24,000 nt of DNA from Liberiplasma polymorphum. Lineage in GTDB: Bacteria; Bacillota_I; Bacilli_A; Izemoplasmatales; Izemoplasmataceae. A program made the translations under genes and the position numbers. The stretch covers positions 28,699 through 52,698 of the forward strand of contig NZ_JBIOAG010000012.1 in NCBI RefSeq assembly GCF_043951795.1, read 5' to 3'. The notes beneath the pieces were generated by a model, which did not search any database, was not told where the DNA came from, and saw only the letters and a list, made by a program, of their open reading frames with translations. This document shows, one piece after another, positions 1 through 8,324 of this stretch (position 1 is its first letter; the number at the start of each line of letters is the position of its first letter).

Positions 1-163
1 TATCCACAAGTAAAATCGCAATAAATGCAATCCCCTTAGGTTGATCAGTCGGTTTTAATTTTCCAACTTTATGACCAATGATACTCACTATAATCATGAG
101 GGCAACAATGATTATTACGGATGATTTAATATTAGGTGATAGACCAATGATATACTCAATCAT
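1..163 (-). CDS. atpB: F0F1 ATP synthase subunit a (AtpB), N-terminal fragment; the gene continues past the window start
   Basis: Not in the ORF track because it is cut by the window edge. Minus-strand ATG at 163..161 overlaps the atpI stop (ATGATTGA). It translates as MIEYIIGLSPNIKSSVIIIVALMIIVSIIGHKVGKLKPTDQPKGIAFIAILLVD. That is a hydrophobic N-terminus followed by a 'KP..Q..' segment, as in Firmicute subunit a. It sits directly after atpI, as in the B. subtilis upp-atpI-atpB order. Confidence 0.6.
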   Translation of the reverse strand, partial: MIEYIIGLSPNIKSSVIIIVALMIIVSIIGHKVGKLKPTDQPKGIAFIAILLVD

Positions 164-569
164 CTATGTCAACTCCTTTTTTCTTAAAGTAAATATTCGT
201 AAAGAAGAAATTCGCTACCATCACAACTTTAAATGATAAAAATCCAATAAAAACAGGGATTAAATAGATAACATCTTCACTTCTAAAATACGTTATTGCC
301 AAGATAAGAATATAAAATCCATATCTAAAAAAATAGTTTTTAAGTGCACGAGACTTTAATAAATCGACTTCTTTATGAGCGGTTTTCATCGTTGTTTTAT
401 AGTTGTGACTCATAAGCATAACACTAACAGCGCCACCTAAAAAGAAATTAAGCGCCATAGTACGGTCACTTCCTGTTATAAAATAACATAACGTTGTCCC
501 AATAATAATGTAAGGCCAAACATATAAAAATGTTGAGAGAAAAATTTTCTCAGTTTTTGTTTGAGTCAT
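156..569 (-). CDS. atpI: ATP synthase protein I-like small integral membrane protein
   Basis: 137 aa with about 4 hydrophobic helices. It lies between an AtpZ-like gene and atpB. AGGAG sits 9 nt upstream of the ATG at 569. The stop is TGA. The assignment rests mainly on size, topology and synteny. Confidence 0.5.
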   Translation of the reverse strand: MTQTKTEKIFLSTFLYVWPYIIIGTTLCYFITGSDRTMALNFFLGGAVSVMLMSHNYKTTMKTAHKEVDLLKSRALKNYFFRYGFYILILAITYFRSEDVIYLIPVFIGFLSFKVVMVANFFFTNIYFKKKGVDIDD

Positions 570-786
570 CTTTTTCTGCTCCTAACTTATAGGCACGAAC
601 CATTACATTTCTAACGGCTGCTAAAGCGCCAATAATCATAAATATAATCGTAAATATCGTGTCTAATTTAAATAAACGGTCTAATCCAAGACCAATAAGA
701 TAACCAAGTGCTATTGCTGCTATTGCTTCATAAATAAAACTGGTTGCTATCGCAAAAAGTTTTATTAAAAACTTCTTGTCTGTCAT
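550..786 (-). CDS. AtpZ/AtpI-family small membrane protein (putative F0F1-ATPase accessory subunit)
   Basis: Two TM helices with the motif GYLIGLGLDRLFKLDTIFTIIFMIIGALAAV, which resembles the AtpZ signature (G..lD..l...P.f.l...llG). I place the start at ATG 786..784 (MTDKKFL), which overlaps the upp stop as TAATG. The track start at 816 would run 30 nt into upp. Confidence 0.5.
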   Translation of the reverse strand: MTDKKFLIKLFAIATSFIYEAIAAIALGYLIGLGLDRLFKLDTIFTIIFMIIGALAAVRNVMVRAYKLGAEKDDSNKN

Positions 787-1412
787 TACTTCGTTCCAAA
801 TAAACGGTCGCCACAATCGCCTAAACCAGGAACGATGTAGCCTTTTTCATTTAGTTTTTCATCAAGTGCAGCTAAATAAATATCAACATCAGGATGAAGT
901 TCTTCTAATAAAGCTACCCCTTCAGGACATCCAACGATTCCAACGAATCTGATATCTTTAGCCCCTTTTTCTTTTAGCGATTGAATGGCAGCAGCAACAC
1001 TTCCACCTGTTGCAAGCATTGGGTCTAAAAGTAAAACGGTTGCTTCTTTTATTTCTTTAGGAAACTTCACATAATAACTATGTGGTTTTAGTGTTTCTTC
1101 ATCACGGTATAATCCGATATGACCAACTTTAGCCGTAGGTATAAGTGCATGAATCCCATCGACCATTCCTAGTCCTGCACGTAGTATCGGAACAATCACT
1201 ACTTCCTTACTTAACTGTTTACATGTTGTTTTTTGAATTGGTGTTTCTATATCAATTTCAACAGTACTTAAATCACGTGTGATTTCATAAGCCATTAAGC
1301 CACTAATCTCACTGACATTTTCTCTAAATGTTTTTGTATCGGTTTTTTTATCTCTAATCTTACACATTTTATGGTCGATTAAAGGATGGTTCAATATTAC
1401 TAACCTTGCCAT
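786..1412 (-). CDS. upp: Uracil phosphoribosyltransferase
   Basis: 208 aa. The full length reads like Upp: LRAGLGM, the PRPP loop [12 protein letters not shown] and the C-terminal [29 protein letters not shown] lies upstream of the ATG at 1412. Confidence 0.95.
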   Translation of the reverse strand: MARLVILNHPLIDHKMCKIRDKKTDTKTFRENVSEISGLMAYEITRDLSTVEIDIETPIQKTTCKQLSKEVVIVPILRAGLGMVDGIHALIPTAKVGHIGLYRDEETLKPHSYYVKFPKEIKEATVLLLDPMLATGGSVAAAIQSLKEKGAKDIRFVGIVGCPEGVALLEELHPDVDIYLAALDEKLNEKGYIVPGLGDCGDRLFGTK

Positions 1413-1423
1413 AAGTCACCTCT

Positions 1424-1858
1424 TTATTTTGATTCAATTTTACGAACGCGACGTTGGTGTCTTTCCTCGTTTGAAAACTCCGTATTAAGCCAAATATTAA
1501 CGATTGCTAATGCAACTTCATCGCCAATAATTCTTCCACCCATTGTAAGTACATTGGAATCGTTGTGTAAACGTGTAGCTTTAGCAGAGAATAAATCATG
1601 TACATGTGCAGCACGAACGCCTTCAACTTTGTTCGCTTGGATACTCATGCCAATCCCTGTACCACATATCAAAATACCGCGGTCAGCATTTTGTTTGCTT
1701 ACAGCGGTTGCTACTTCTTTTGCTATGTCGTTATAATCACAACTTTCACTAGAGTGTGTGCCAAAATCTTCGTATTCAATAGAATGATCTTCTAAGTATT
1801 TGACTATTTTTTCTTTTAAATCAAAGCCTCCATGATCAGCACCAATTGCTACTTTCAT
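1424..1858 (-). CDS. rpiB: Ribose-5-phosphate isomerase B (RpiB/LacAB family)
   Basis: MKVAIGADHGGFDLKEKI..., ILICGTGIGMSIQANK, and ERHQRRVRKIE at the C-terminus. The track start at 1867 is a GTG inside the RBS. GAGGTG followed by 6 nt favours the ATG at 1858. Confidence 0.9.
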   Translation of the reverse strand: MKVAIGADHGGFDLKEKIVKYLEDHSIEYEDFGTHSSESCDYNDIAKEVATAVSKQNADRGILICGTGIGMSIQANKVEGVRAAHVHDLFSAKATRLHNDSNVLTMGGRIIGDEVALAIVNIWLNTEFSNEERHQRRVRKIESK

Positions 1859-1897
1859 CTTTGTCACCTCATATGTAATCGTTTTTATTCCATTACA

Positions 1898-1925
1898 ATT
1901 ATATCAAAACTTATTCATAAAACAA
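1898..1925 (-). promoter_or_regulatory. Candidate sigma-A promoter for rpiB-upp-atp
   Basis: Minus strand: TTGTTT (1925..1920), 16 nt spacer, TATAAT (1903..1898). It lies about 40 nt upstream of the rpiB ATG. Confidence 0.4.
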
Positions 1926-1974
1926 CCTTATTTTCCTATATTTATATATAGGCTATTTTTATGATAACATATTT

Positions 1975-2598
1975 TCACAAATCTAAGCGAATTTGCGTTT
2001 GTAAAATGGTTATGATTGGTTTAAATGTTTTTCGGTGTTCTTTCGTGATTCCATACTTTTTTAAAGCTTCTAAATGCATTTTGGTAGGATACCCTTTGTG
2101 TTTATCAAATCCATATTCAGGGTATTTATCGTGTAAATATACCATATAACGGTCTCTCGAAACTTTCGCTAAAATACTTGCAGCTGCGATTGTTGCACTT
2201 TTTTGATCCCCTTTTATAATTGCTTCATAAGGAATACCTAACCCTGTAAGTGGCATTGCATCACTAAGCACAAAGTCGGGTTTTTTATCTAGTGCACTTA
2301 CAGCTTCAATCATCCCTAACTTACTGCCTTGATACACGTTTAATTTGTCAACTTCTATGGATGATTTAAAAATAATTTTATAATCAATCGCGCGTTTAGT
2401 GATTTCTTCAAATAAAGCTGTTCTTTTCTTTTCGGATAATCCTTTAGAATCAAACAAACCTTCAATTTTATCGTTGGGATTCAAAATGACTGCGGCACAT
2501 ACTAAAGGGCCTGCTAAAGGGCCTCGACCAACTTCATCACATCCAGCGATTATATGGTAACCTTTTTTAATTAATGTATTTTCGTACTGATACATCAT
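1975..2598 (-). CDS. rnhB: Ribonuclease HII
   Basis: 207 aa. Contains IAGCDEVGRGPLAGPLVCAAV (the DEVGRG catalytic motif), SDAMPL and ASILAKVSRD. The start overlaps the rbgA stop (ATGA). Confidence 0.92.
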   Translation of the reverse strand: MMYQYENTLIKKGYHIIAGCDEVGRGPLAGPLVCAAVILNPNDKIEGLFDSKGLSEKKRTALFEEITKRAIDYKIIFKSSIEVDKLNVYQGSKLGMIEAVSALDKKPDFVLSDAMPLTGLGIPYEAIIKGDQKSATIAAASILAKVSRDRYMVYLHDKYPEYGFDKHKGYPTKMHLEALKKYGITKEHRKTFKPIITILQTQIRLDL

Positions 2599-3440
2599 AG
2601 GCGGTCCAACATAATTTGTCCAAAATGCATGTGTCTAAAATCTTGTAAGAACATATCAATGACTCTATCATAGTCTACTTCTCCACCTTTTCTCAAACAC
2701 CCTCTTTTTATACCAATATCGTCAAATATTTTGCCGATATTTTCAATGTCCACGGTTATATCATAACGTGCTTCAAAAGCTTCTTTATAGTATTTATCTA
2801 AAAATTTAAAGCCATAAATTACAATATCATCTAATGGTAATATATGATCTTTAATTGACCCAAGAAGTGCTAACTTAAAGCCAACTTCTTGGTCTTCAAA
2901 TTTTGGCCATAATATTCCTGGTGTATCAAGTAATTCTAAGTCATCATGGATTCTAATCATTTGAAGATGTTTTGTAATCCCTGCAATATCTCCAACTTTA
3001 GTAACACGCTTTGAGACTAGAGAGTTAATTAATGTACTTTTGCCTACATTCGGAATACCTAAAATCATTGCTCTAACAGGACGCTCTAGGCGTCCTCTAC
3101 TTTTTTCTTTTTCATAAACATCTTGAATCATTAGTTTGGCCGTTGGGGCAATCTTTTGAACATTCATACCGGAAAGCGAATTTATTTTCAGTACATAATG
3201 GCCTTGTTTTTGAAAATATTTTTCCCAACGCGTTAAAATTTTTTGATCAGCTAAATCTGCTTTATTTAGTAAAATTAATCTTGGTTTTTTTGAAGTAATG
3301 TCATGAATTAAAGGATTTTGACTTGATAGAGGTGCTCTAGCATCTAATAACTCAAACACAACGTCAATGTGCTTTAGCTTTTCTTTTATAAGTCTTTTAG
3401 TTTTAGCCATATGGCCTGGATACCATTGTATTGCTTTCAT
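2595..3440 (-). CDS. rbgA: Ribosome biogenesis GTPase A (YlqF/RbgA, circularly permuted GTPase)
   Basis: MKAIQWYPGHMAKTKR... The G-motif order is permuted: LNKADL (G4) comes before GIPNVGKST (G1) and DTPGILWP (G3). The rbgA-rnhB order matches B. subtilis. Confidence 0.93.
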   Translation of the reverse strand: MKAIQWYPGHMAKTKRLIKEKLKHIDVVFELLDARAPLSSQNPLIHDITSKKPRLILLNKADLADQKILTRWEKYFQKQGHYVLKINSLSGMNVQKIAPTAKLMIQDVYEKEKSRGRLERPVRAMILGIPNVGKSTLINSLVSKRVTKVGDIAGITKHLQMIRIHDDLELLDTPGILWPKFEDQEVGFKLALLGSIKDHILPLDDIVIYGFKFLDKYYKEAFEARYDITVDIENIGKIFDDIGIKRGCLRKGGEVDYDRVIDMFLQDFRHMHFGQIMLDRL

Positions 3441-3441
3441 G

Positions 3442-4248
3442 TTAGTTCACCCTTCCGATTGCGTTAAATGGTCTTACTCTAAATATCACTTTTCCATATA
3501 AATTTTTAAGTTCTATAGGTCCAATATCTCTTGAATCTCTCGAATTACCACGGTTATCTCCTAAAACAAAATAACTGTTTTCAGGTATCATTATGGAAAA
3601 ATTTTCATTAGATGCGTTAAAATCATGAACATACCATTCATCTAACTGATCACCATTTATAAAAACGACACCACTAATGATTTCTAGTTCATCACCGGGT
3701 AATCCAATAATGCGTTTAACATAAAAAGTATCTTCATCTATTCTTACCACAACAACATCAAAACGTTCATAGGTTTGATTGATATGGCTAATAATAATAT
3801 CATCATTTTGATAAAATGTCGGCTCCATACTTTGTCCTTCGACACTTGCTAGCGAGAAGAAAAATGTATTCGTAACGGTAATAATCGCAAGTAGTGTCAT
3901 CATAAAACTAGCGATATCCATTAACTCTGCATGAAATCTAACTCTTTTTTGATTTTTCACTTCCGTTAAAACCATTTTAGGCATGAACCGATGAACAATA
4001 ATCATATAGCTTGTAATCAATATAATTACCAAAATAATCGTTTCAAATATTGTTGAATTTCTAATTACATCAAAGTTTTGATAACGATTAAAGAATATAG
4101 GGACAAAGAAAATGATAATCAAGTCAAAAAGGGCTAAACGCACCTTTTTGTGCAGTTTAGACACTTCTTGTTCTGCTTTTATTAACTGTTTCAGTTCATC
4201 AACTTCTTCATCATTAAAGAAATCTTCAAGCTTTACATCATCATGCAT
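3442..4248 (-). CDS. lepB: Signal peptidase I (S26 family) with a long N-terminal extension
   Basis: The catalytic region has SVEGQSMEPTF (Ser box), VKRIIGLPGD (Lys box) and VLGDNRGNSRDSRDIGP. At 268 aa it carries about 120 extra N-terminal residues (see findings). Confidence 0.85.
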   Translation of the reverse strand: MHDDVKLEDFFNDEEVDELKQLIKAEQEVSKLHKKVRLALFDLIIIFFVPIFFNRYQNFDVIRNSTIFETIILVIILITSYMIIVHRFMPKMVLTEVKNQKRVRFHAELMDIASFMMTLLAIITVTNTFFFSLASVEGQSMEPTFYQNDDIIISHINQTYERFDVVVVRIDEDTFYVKRIIGLPGDELEIISGVVFINGDQLDEWYVHDFNASNENFSIMIPENSYFVLGDNRGNSRDSRDIGPIELKNLYGKVIFRVRPFNAIGRVN

Positions 4249-4252
4249 GTTA

Positions 4253-6265
4253 TCACCTAATTCTTGCTAATAATTCCTCAACATCTTCTGCTGAAACTAA
4301 TACATCTCTAGCTTTAGAGCCTAAGTTTTCAGATACAATTCCAATTTCTTCAAGTGATTCAACAATACCTTGTGCACGGTTAAATCCGATATTAAACTTC
4401 TTACTAATCTTATTAATAGATGCTTCTTGTTGTTCTGTTACAAATCGAGCAACTTCTTCAAAATATTCATCTCTATCTAAGGATTTAGCGATATTTTTAA
4501 CCAATGTATCTTGATCGAAGAAGTAATCTGGAGCCATTTGTTCACGAATAAAATTCGTAACCTTTTCAATGTCTTTATCTGAGACAAAAGCACCTTGAAC
4601 ACGTATTTTATTTTGGCCATTAGTTAAAAATAACATATCGCCACGCCCTAAGAGCTTATCTGCTCCACTAGAATCTATAATTGTTTGAGAATCGACATGG
4701 CTCGCAACACTAAAAGCAATACGTGTTGGGATGTTTGATTTAATGGTTCCTTTAATAACGTCTGTCGAAGGACGCTGGGTTGCAATAATTAAATGGATAC
4801 CACATGCTCGTGCTTTTTGAGTTAAACGTTTAATGGAATCTTCAACATGTTGACTTGATACCATCATTAAATCTGCTAACTCGTCAATCACAACAACTAT
4901 AAACGGCATATGTTCGTCTTGTGCTTCCATTTTTTGATTATAGGTTTCTATATCTCTTACACGTTCTTCACTGAATACATTGAATCTTCTATCCATTTCA
5001 TCAACTACCCATTTTAAAGCTGCGGTAGCTGCTTTAGTATCTGTGATAACCGGAGTAATTAAATGAGGGATATCATAGTAATTGGATAACTCAACCATTT
5101 TCGGATCAATTAAAATAAGTTTTAGTTCACTTGGAGGATATTTAACAAGTAAACTCATTAATATTGTATTAATACAAACACTTTTCCCACTCCCCGTTGC
5201 CCCAGCTACTAATCCATGTGGCATTGATTTTATTGAAGCAAATACAGGGTGCCCATCAATGTCTAATCCTAAGCCAATCGTAAGTGGTTGGGCAGCATTT
5301 TTAAACATTGAAGTATTGATAATATCATAAAAATGCACGGTTTCTGCTTGTTCGTTAGGAACTTCAATTCCTACAGAACTTTTACCAGGAATAGGTGCTT
5401 CAATACGTATTTGAGTCGCTGCTAATGACATCTTTAAATTATCAGCAATACCTGTAATTTTTCTAACGTTGACGCCACTATCTAATACAATTTCATAGCG
5501 TGTAACAGTAGGCCCTTGTGTATGTTTATGTACACGAGCACCGATTTGAAATTCTTCAAAGGTTTTATTTAGTATACTAATTTGCTTTTCAATAGATGCG
5601 GTTAAATCTGGTCTTTGTTCAACAGGTTTTGAAAACAAATTAATCGGTGGAAGTTGATAATTTTTTAATTGTTTAGGATGCGATTTAACAAAACGGTCTT
5701 TGTTTAAAGGTTTTTCTTCCTTAACCAGTATATCATCTTTGACTTCTTCTTTTACGGGTTCAACTACTTTTTCAACTGGTTCAACCTTCAAAGTTTCTTT
5801 AACTGGTTCTTGCACGTGTTCACTCACAGGTTCAATAGTTCTTTCTTCATAATGATTTGGTTTTTCAATTGGTTCATAAGGCGCAGGTTCATCGGGTGTA
5901 ACAATTTTAGTTTTTGCGACTCTTCTTCCGCCTTCGGTTTGACTATCTAAGACTTCTTGTAAATTTTTCCCACGAATTAAATCAAACTCTGGGTATGCTG
6001 TTCCATATCTTTTAATGCGTTCTTCTTTTGTAAGTTTTGGTCTTGTTCTAAATGAATCTAGTTTATCCATATCTTGTGGACGTTGTGTTAAAACAGGAAT
6101 CACAATCTCATCTTTAACATTTTCTCCAAAAATAGGCGATACAAATCGCGTTTTTTGATACTTATGTTTTTCTTCAGGTTCTAAAATCTCATACACTTGA
6201 AATAAGGATTCATCCTCACTTCTTTTATAAGGTGCAACGAGTTTCTTCTTTCGTTTAAACCACAT
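4253..6265 (-). CDS. FtsK/SpoIIIE-family DNA translocase with no membrane domain (SftA-like)
   Basis: Walker A GATGSGKSVCIN, Walker B FIVVVIDELADL, IIATQRPSTDVI, and a C-terminal winged-helix gamma domain (EASINKISKKFNIGFNRAQGIVESLEEIGIV). There is no hydrophobic helix in the first ~330 aa. I place the start at ATG 6265 (MWFKRKKK), 9 nt after GGAAGG and 1 nt after the upstream TAG stop. The track start at 6295 would overlap the upstream gene by 29 nt. Confidence 0.85.
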   Translation of the reverse strand: MWFKRKKKLVAPYKRSEDESLFQVYEILEPEEKHKYQKTRFVSPIFGENVKDEIVIPVLTQRPQDMDKLDSFRTRPKLTKEERIKRYGTAYPEFDLIRGKNLQEVLDSQTEGGRRVAKTKIVTPDEPAPYEPIEKPNHYEERTIEPVSEHVQEPVKETLKVEPVEKVVEPVKEEVKDDILVKEEKPLNKDRFVKSHPKQLKNYQLPPINLFSKPVEQRPDLTASIEKQISILNKTFEEFQIGARVHKHTQGPTVTRYEIVLDSGVNVRKITGIADNLKMSLAATQIRIEAPIPGKSSVGIEVPNEQAETVHFYDIINTSMFKNAAQPLTIGLGLDIDGHPVFASIKSMPHGLVAGATGSGKSVCINTILMSLLVKYPPSELKLILIDPKMVELSNYYDIPHLITPVITDTKAATAALKWVVDEMDRRFNVFSEERVRDIETYNQKMEAQDEHMPFIVVVIDELADLMMVSSQHVEDSIKRLTQKARACGIHLIIATQRPSTDVIKGTIKSNIPTRIAFSVASHVDSQTIIDSSGADKLLGRGDMLFLTNGQNKIRVQGAFVSDKDIEKVTNFIREQMAPDYFFDQDTLVKNIAKSLDRDEYFEEVARFVTEQQEASINKISKKFNIGFNRAQGIVESLEEIGIVSENLGSKARDVLVSAEDVEELLARIR

Positions 6266-6266
6266 G

Positions 6267-6596
6267 CTACTCATCCTTCCTTTGTAACACTTCATCTAAA
6301 AACTGTTTAACTTGCATAAACGTTTTTCTTTCTTTATCTACATAACGAGCGATAATATTTTCACCCTCGTATACCAATAAACTCGGTACCCCAAAAATGT
6401 TTAATTCCATCGATAAAAGGGCAACCGCTTCGCGATCAACTAAGTAAAACGGTACTGTATCATAAAGTTTTTTTATATGACTTAAGTAAGTTTCCATATA
6501 ATGACAATCAGGACACCAATCACTCATAAAAACCATGACTTTATGTCCTGGTTTAAGTAAACATTGTTCATATGTATCATAATCATTAATCAACAT
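6267..6596 (-). CDS. Thioredoxin-family protein (WCPDC active site)
   Basis: 109 aa with VFMSDWCPDCHYM (a CxxC redox motif) and FGVPSLLVY (the cis-Pro loop region). It sits immediately upstream of the SftA-like gene, which echoes the B. subtilis ytpP...sftA neighbourhood. Confidence 0.8.
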   Translation of the reverse strand: MLINDYDTYEQCLLKPGHKVMVFMSDWCPDCHYMETYLSHIKKLYDTVPFYLVDREAVALLSMELNIFGVPSLLVYEGENIIARYVDKERKTFMQVKQFLDEVLQRKDE

Positions 6597-7332
6597 CTGC
6601 TTCTTCGCCTGCTTCTAAAGCTCTTAACTCTTTATCGACTAAGTCGAAATCTAAGTCTTTATCAAATAATTTTTTTGAATATACCTTGCTTGTTTCCTCA
6701 CCTACAACACCAATAATCATTAAACAAATCTTTTTGGTTACAAAATCAACACTAGTGTTAATAACTAGTTTTCTAAACCAATACGCTGGATTGACTATAT
6801 TAATCGCGGCAAGTGTATATTTCATTGTTTTCTTAACTGCTTTACTTTTTGCTGCTTTAATAATTTTCTTTTGATCCATTGATTTTTTTACTTCATAGGC
6901 TTGAACAATTTTAGTAATTCTTATGTTACGTGTATTTTTTAGAATTGGTTGTTCTAATATTTTATCAACACGTTGGGTGATATAGTTATTAAGTGTTAGA
7001 ATCTCATTTACACTTAGTTCTAACATAGGATACTTTGATTTCGGGAAATAATATTTTGAAATGTCTTCGATTAACTCGTAAGATAAATCGAATGTTATTT
7101 TACCTATTTTGCCATCGTTTTTTTTATAAAGTTTTTTAAATTCGTTTTGTTTTGAAATAATAAGGTTTTTAAGGTCCTCTTCTTTTACATCAGCACTTGG
7201 CTTATGTATGATAGACATATCCAAGTTTTTACCTCGAACCATAAAATAAGTGTATGTAACTGCAAATAAAACGAACCCCGACATTATACCGAGTAAAAAA
7301 TTTATCAGTCCACTAAATGATATTTCCGGCAT
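6586..7332 (-). CDS. Hypothetical N-terminally membrane-anchored protein, Lys-rich, unknown function
   Basis: 248 aa. One N-terminal TM helix (LINFLLGIMSGFVLFAVTYTYFMV) is followed by a charged, probably cytoplasmic body. There is a strong RBS GAGGTGA 5 nt before the ATG at 7332 and an extended -10 promoter upstream. I recognise no family motif. Confidence 0.6.
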   Translation of the reverse strand: MPEISFSGLINFLLGIMSGFVLFAVTYTYFMVRGKNLDMSIIHKPSADVKEEDLKNLIISKQNEFKKLYKKNDGKIGKITFDLSYELIEDISKYYFPKSKYPMLELSVNEILTLNNYITQRVDKILEQPILKNTRNIRITKIVQAYEVKKSMDQKKIIKAAKSKAVKKTMKYTLAAINIVNPAYWFRKLVINTSVDFVTKKICLMIIGVVGEETSKVYSKKLFDKDLDFDLVDKELRALEAGEEADVD

Positions 7333-7354
7333 AGTCTCACCTCTTCTTTAATCT

Positions 7355-7363
7355 ATTATATCA
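7355..7363 (-). promoter_or_regulatory. Extended -10 promoter (TGaTATAAT) for the 248-aa gene / thioredoxin-like / sftA-like operon
   Basis: The minus strand reads TGATATAAT. It is followed about 11 nt later by AAGAAGAGGTGAGACT-ATG. There is no good -35. Confidence 0.45.
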
Positions 7364-7404
7364 TAAAACTATCATTTTAAAGGGCTTTGATAAGGTTAAA
7401 AGAA

Positions 7405-7433
7405 TTGATAAAATCGTTAGTTTATGCGATAAT
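7405..7433 (+). promoter_or_regulatory. Candidate sigma-A promoter for the HAD phosphatase gene
   Basis: TTGATA (7405..7410), 17 nt spacer, GATAAT (7428..7433) preceded by TGc (extended -10). Confidence 0.5.
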
Positions 7434-7450
7434 GTTTTTTGGTGATAAAT

Positions 7451-8263
7451 ATGAAAAAATACTTAATAGCACTCGACTTAGATGGCACACTGCTTTATGA
7501 TTGGGAAACCTTAAAAGAAGAGACCGTAAATTACTTAAAAAAAGTACAAGATGATGGGCATACTTTGGTTATAGCAACCGGTAGACCATTTAGAAGCAGT
7601 GAACGTTACTATACAATGTTAAACTTAGATACACCAATTATCAATTATAATGGTGGTCTTGTTTCGTGGCGTGGAAATGACACATTTAAAGAAGTTAGTT
7701 TGTTACTAGATAAAAACGATGTTATTGATATTTTCGAAAAAAACAAAGAACATATATATAATGGATTTTGCGAATTAAAAGATGATATTTATTTATTAGA
7801 AAAAACAGATGATATCATGCCTTTACTTCATTTTTTCAATGGGGCTACACTTAATGTTGGTCCATTTAGTGAAACATTACCCGAAGGGACTAATGGTTTT
7901 ATTATTGTAGCACATAAAAATCACGGTCAATATATTGAAGACTATGTAAAAAAACATTACGAAGGTAAAATTTTAACTCGTAATTGGGGCGATGAATATA
8001 ACTTTATTATTGAACTATTCACTCCCCAAACAAATAAAGGTGAAGCGTTAAAATACGTCGCTGAAACTTTAGGATTTAATCAAGAAGATGTTATAGCCTT
8101 TGGTGATGGTCATAATGATATCGAGATGTTAGAATACGCAGGAGTTGGCATTGCCATGCGTAATTCTCATCCTGAGTTAATTGAGGTTGCTGATGTTGTG
8201 AGCCCTTATTCAAATAAAGAATTTGCAATTGAAAAATTTCTTGATGAATTTTTAAAAAAGTAA
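7451..8263 (+). CDS. Cof-type HAD-IIB family phosphatase
   Basis: The four HAD motifs are present: IALDLDGTLL (DxD), VIATGRP, K at TNKGEALKY, and AFGDGHNDIEML. The track start at 7439 is a TTG; I prefer the ATG at 7451 (MKKYLIALD). Confidence 0.85.
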   Translation: MKKYLIALDLDGTLLYDWETLKEETVNYLKKVQDDGHTLVIATGRPFRSSERYYTMLNLDTPIINYNGGLVSWRGNDTFKEVSLLLDKNDVIDIFEKNKEHIYNGFCELKDDIYLLEKTDDIMPLLHFFNGATLNVGPFSETLPEGTNGFIIVAHKNHGQYIEDYVKKHYEGKILTRNWGDEYNFIIELFTPQTNKGEALKYVAETLGFNQEDVIAFGDGHNDIEMLEYAGVGIAMRNSHPELIEVADVVSPYSNKEFAIEKFLDEFLKK

Positions 8264-8281
8264 TCAAATGATTACTTTTTT
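8254..8281 (+). terminator. Intrinsic terminator after the HAD gene
   Basis: AAAAAGTAATC-AAAT-GATTACTTTTT. The stem includes the TAA stop and runs into a T-tract. Confidence 0.6.
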
Positions 8282-8295
8282 ATTTGCTTGAAAAT

Positions 8296-8304
8296 TGCTA
8301 TAAT
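8296..8304 (+). promoter_or_regulatory. Extended -10 promoter (TGcTATAAT) for the PF06541-like / HD gene pair
   Basis: TGCTATAAT lies about 20 nt upstream of GGAGGTG-N6-ATG (8325). Confidence 0.45.
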
Positions 8305-8324
8305 AGGCTATGGAGGTGACTTTT

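Noticed and set aside
1935-1952. AT-only palindrome CCTATAT-TTAT-ATATAGG between rnhB and the rpiB promoter, a possible terminator or operator
   Set aside because: On the minus strand, the direction of both flanking genes, no U-tract follows it. The stem is almost pure A-T and therefore unstable. It could be a weak rnhB terminator or a chance feature of AT-rich DNA. There is not enough support to call it.
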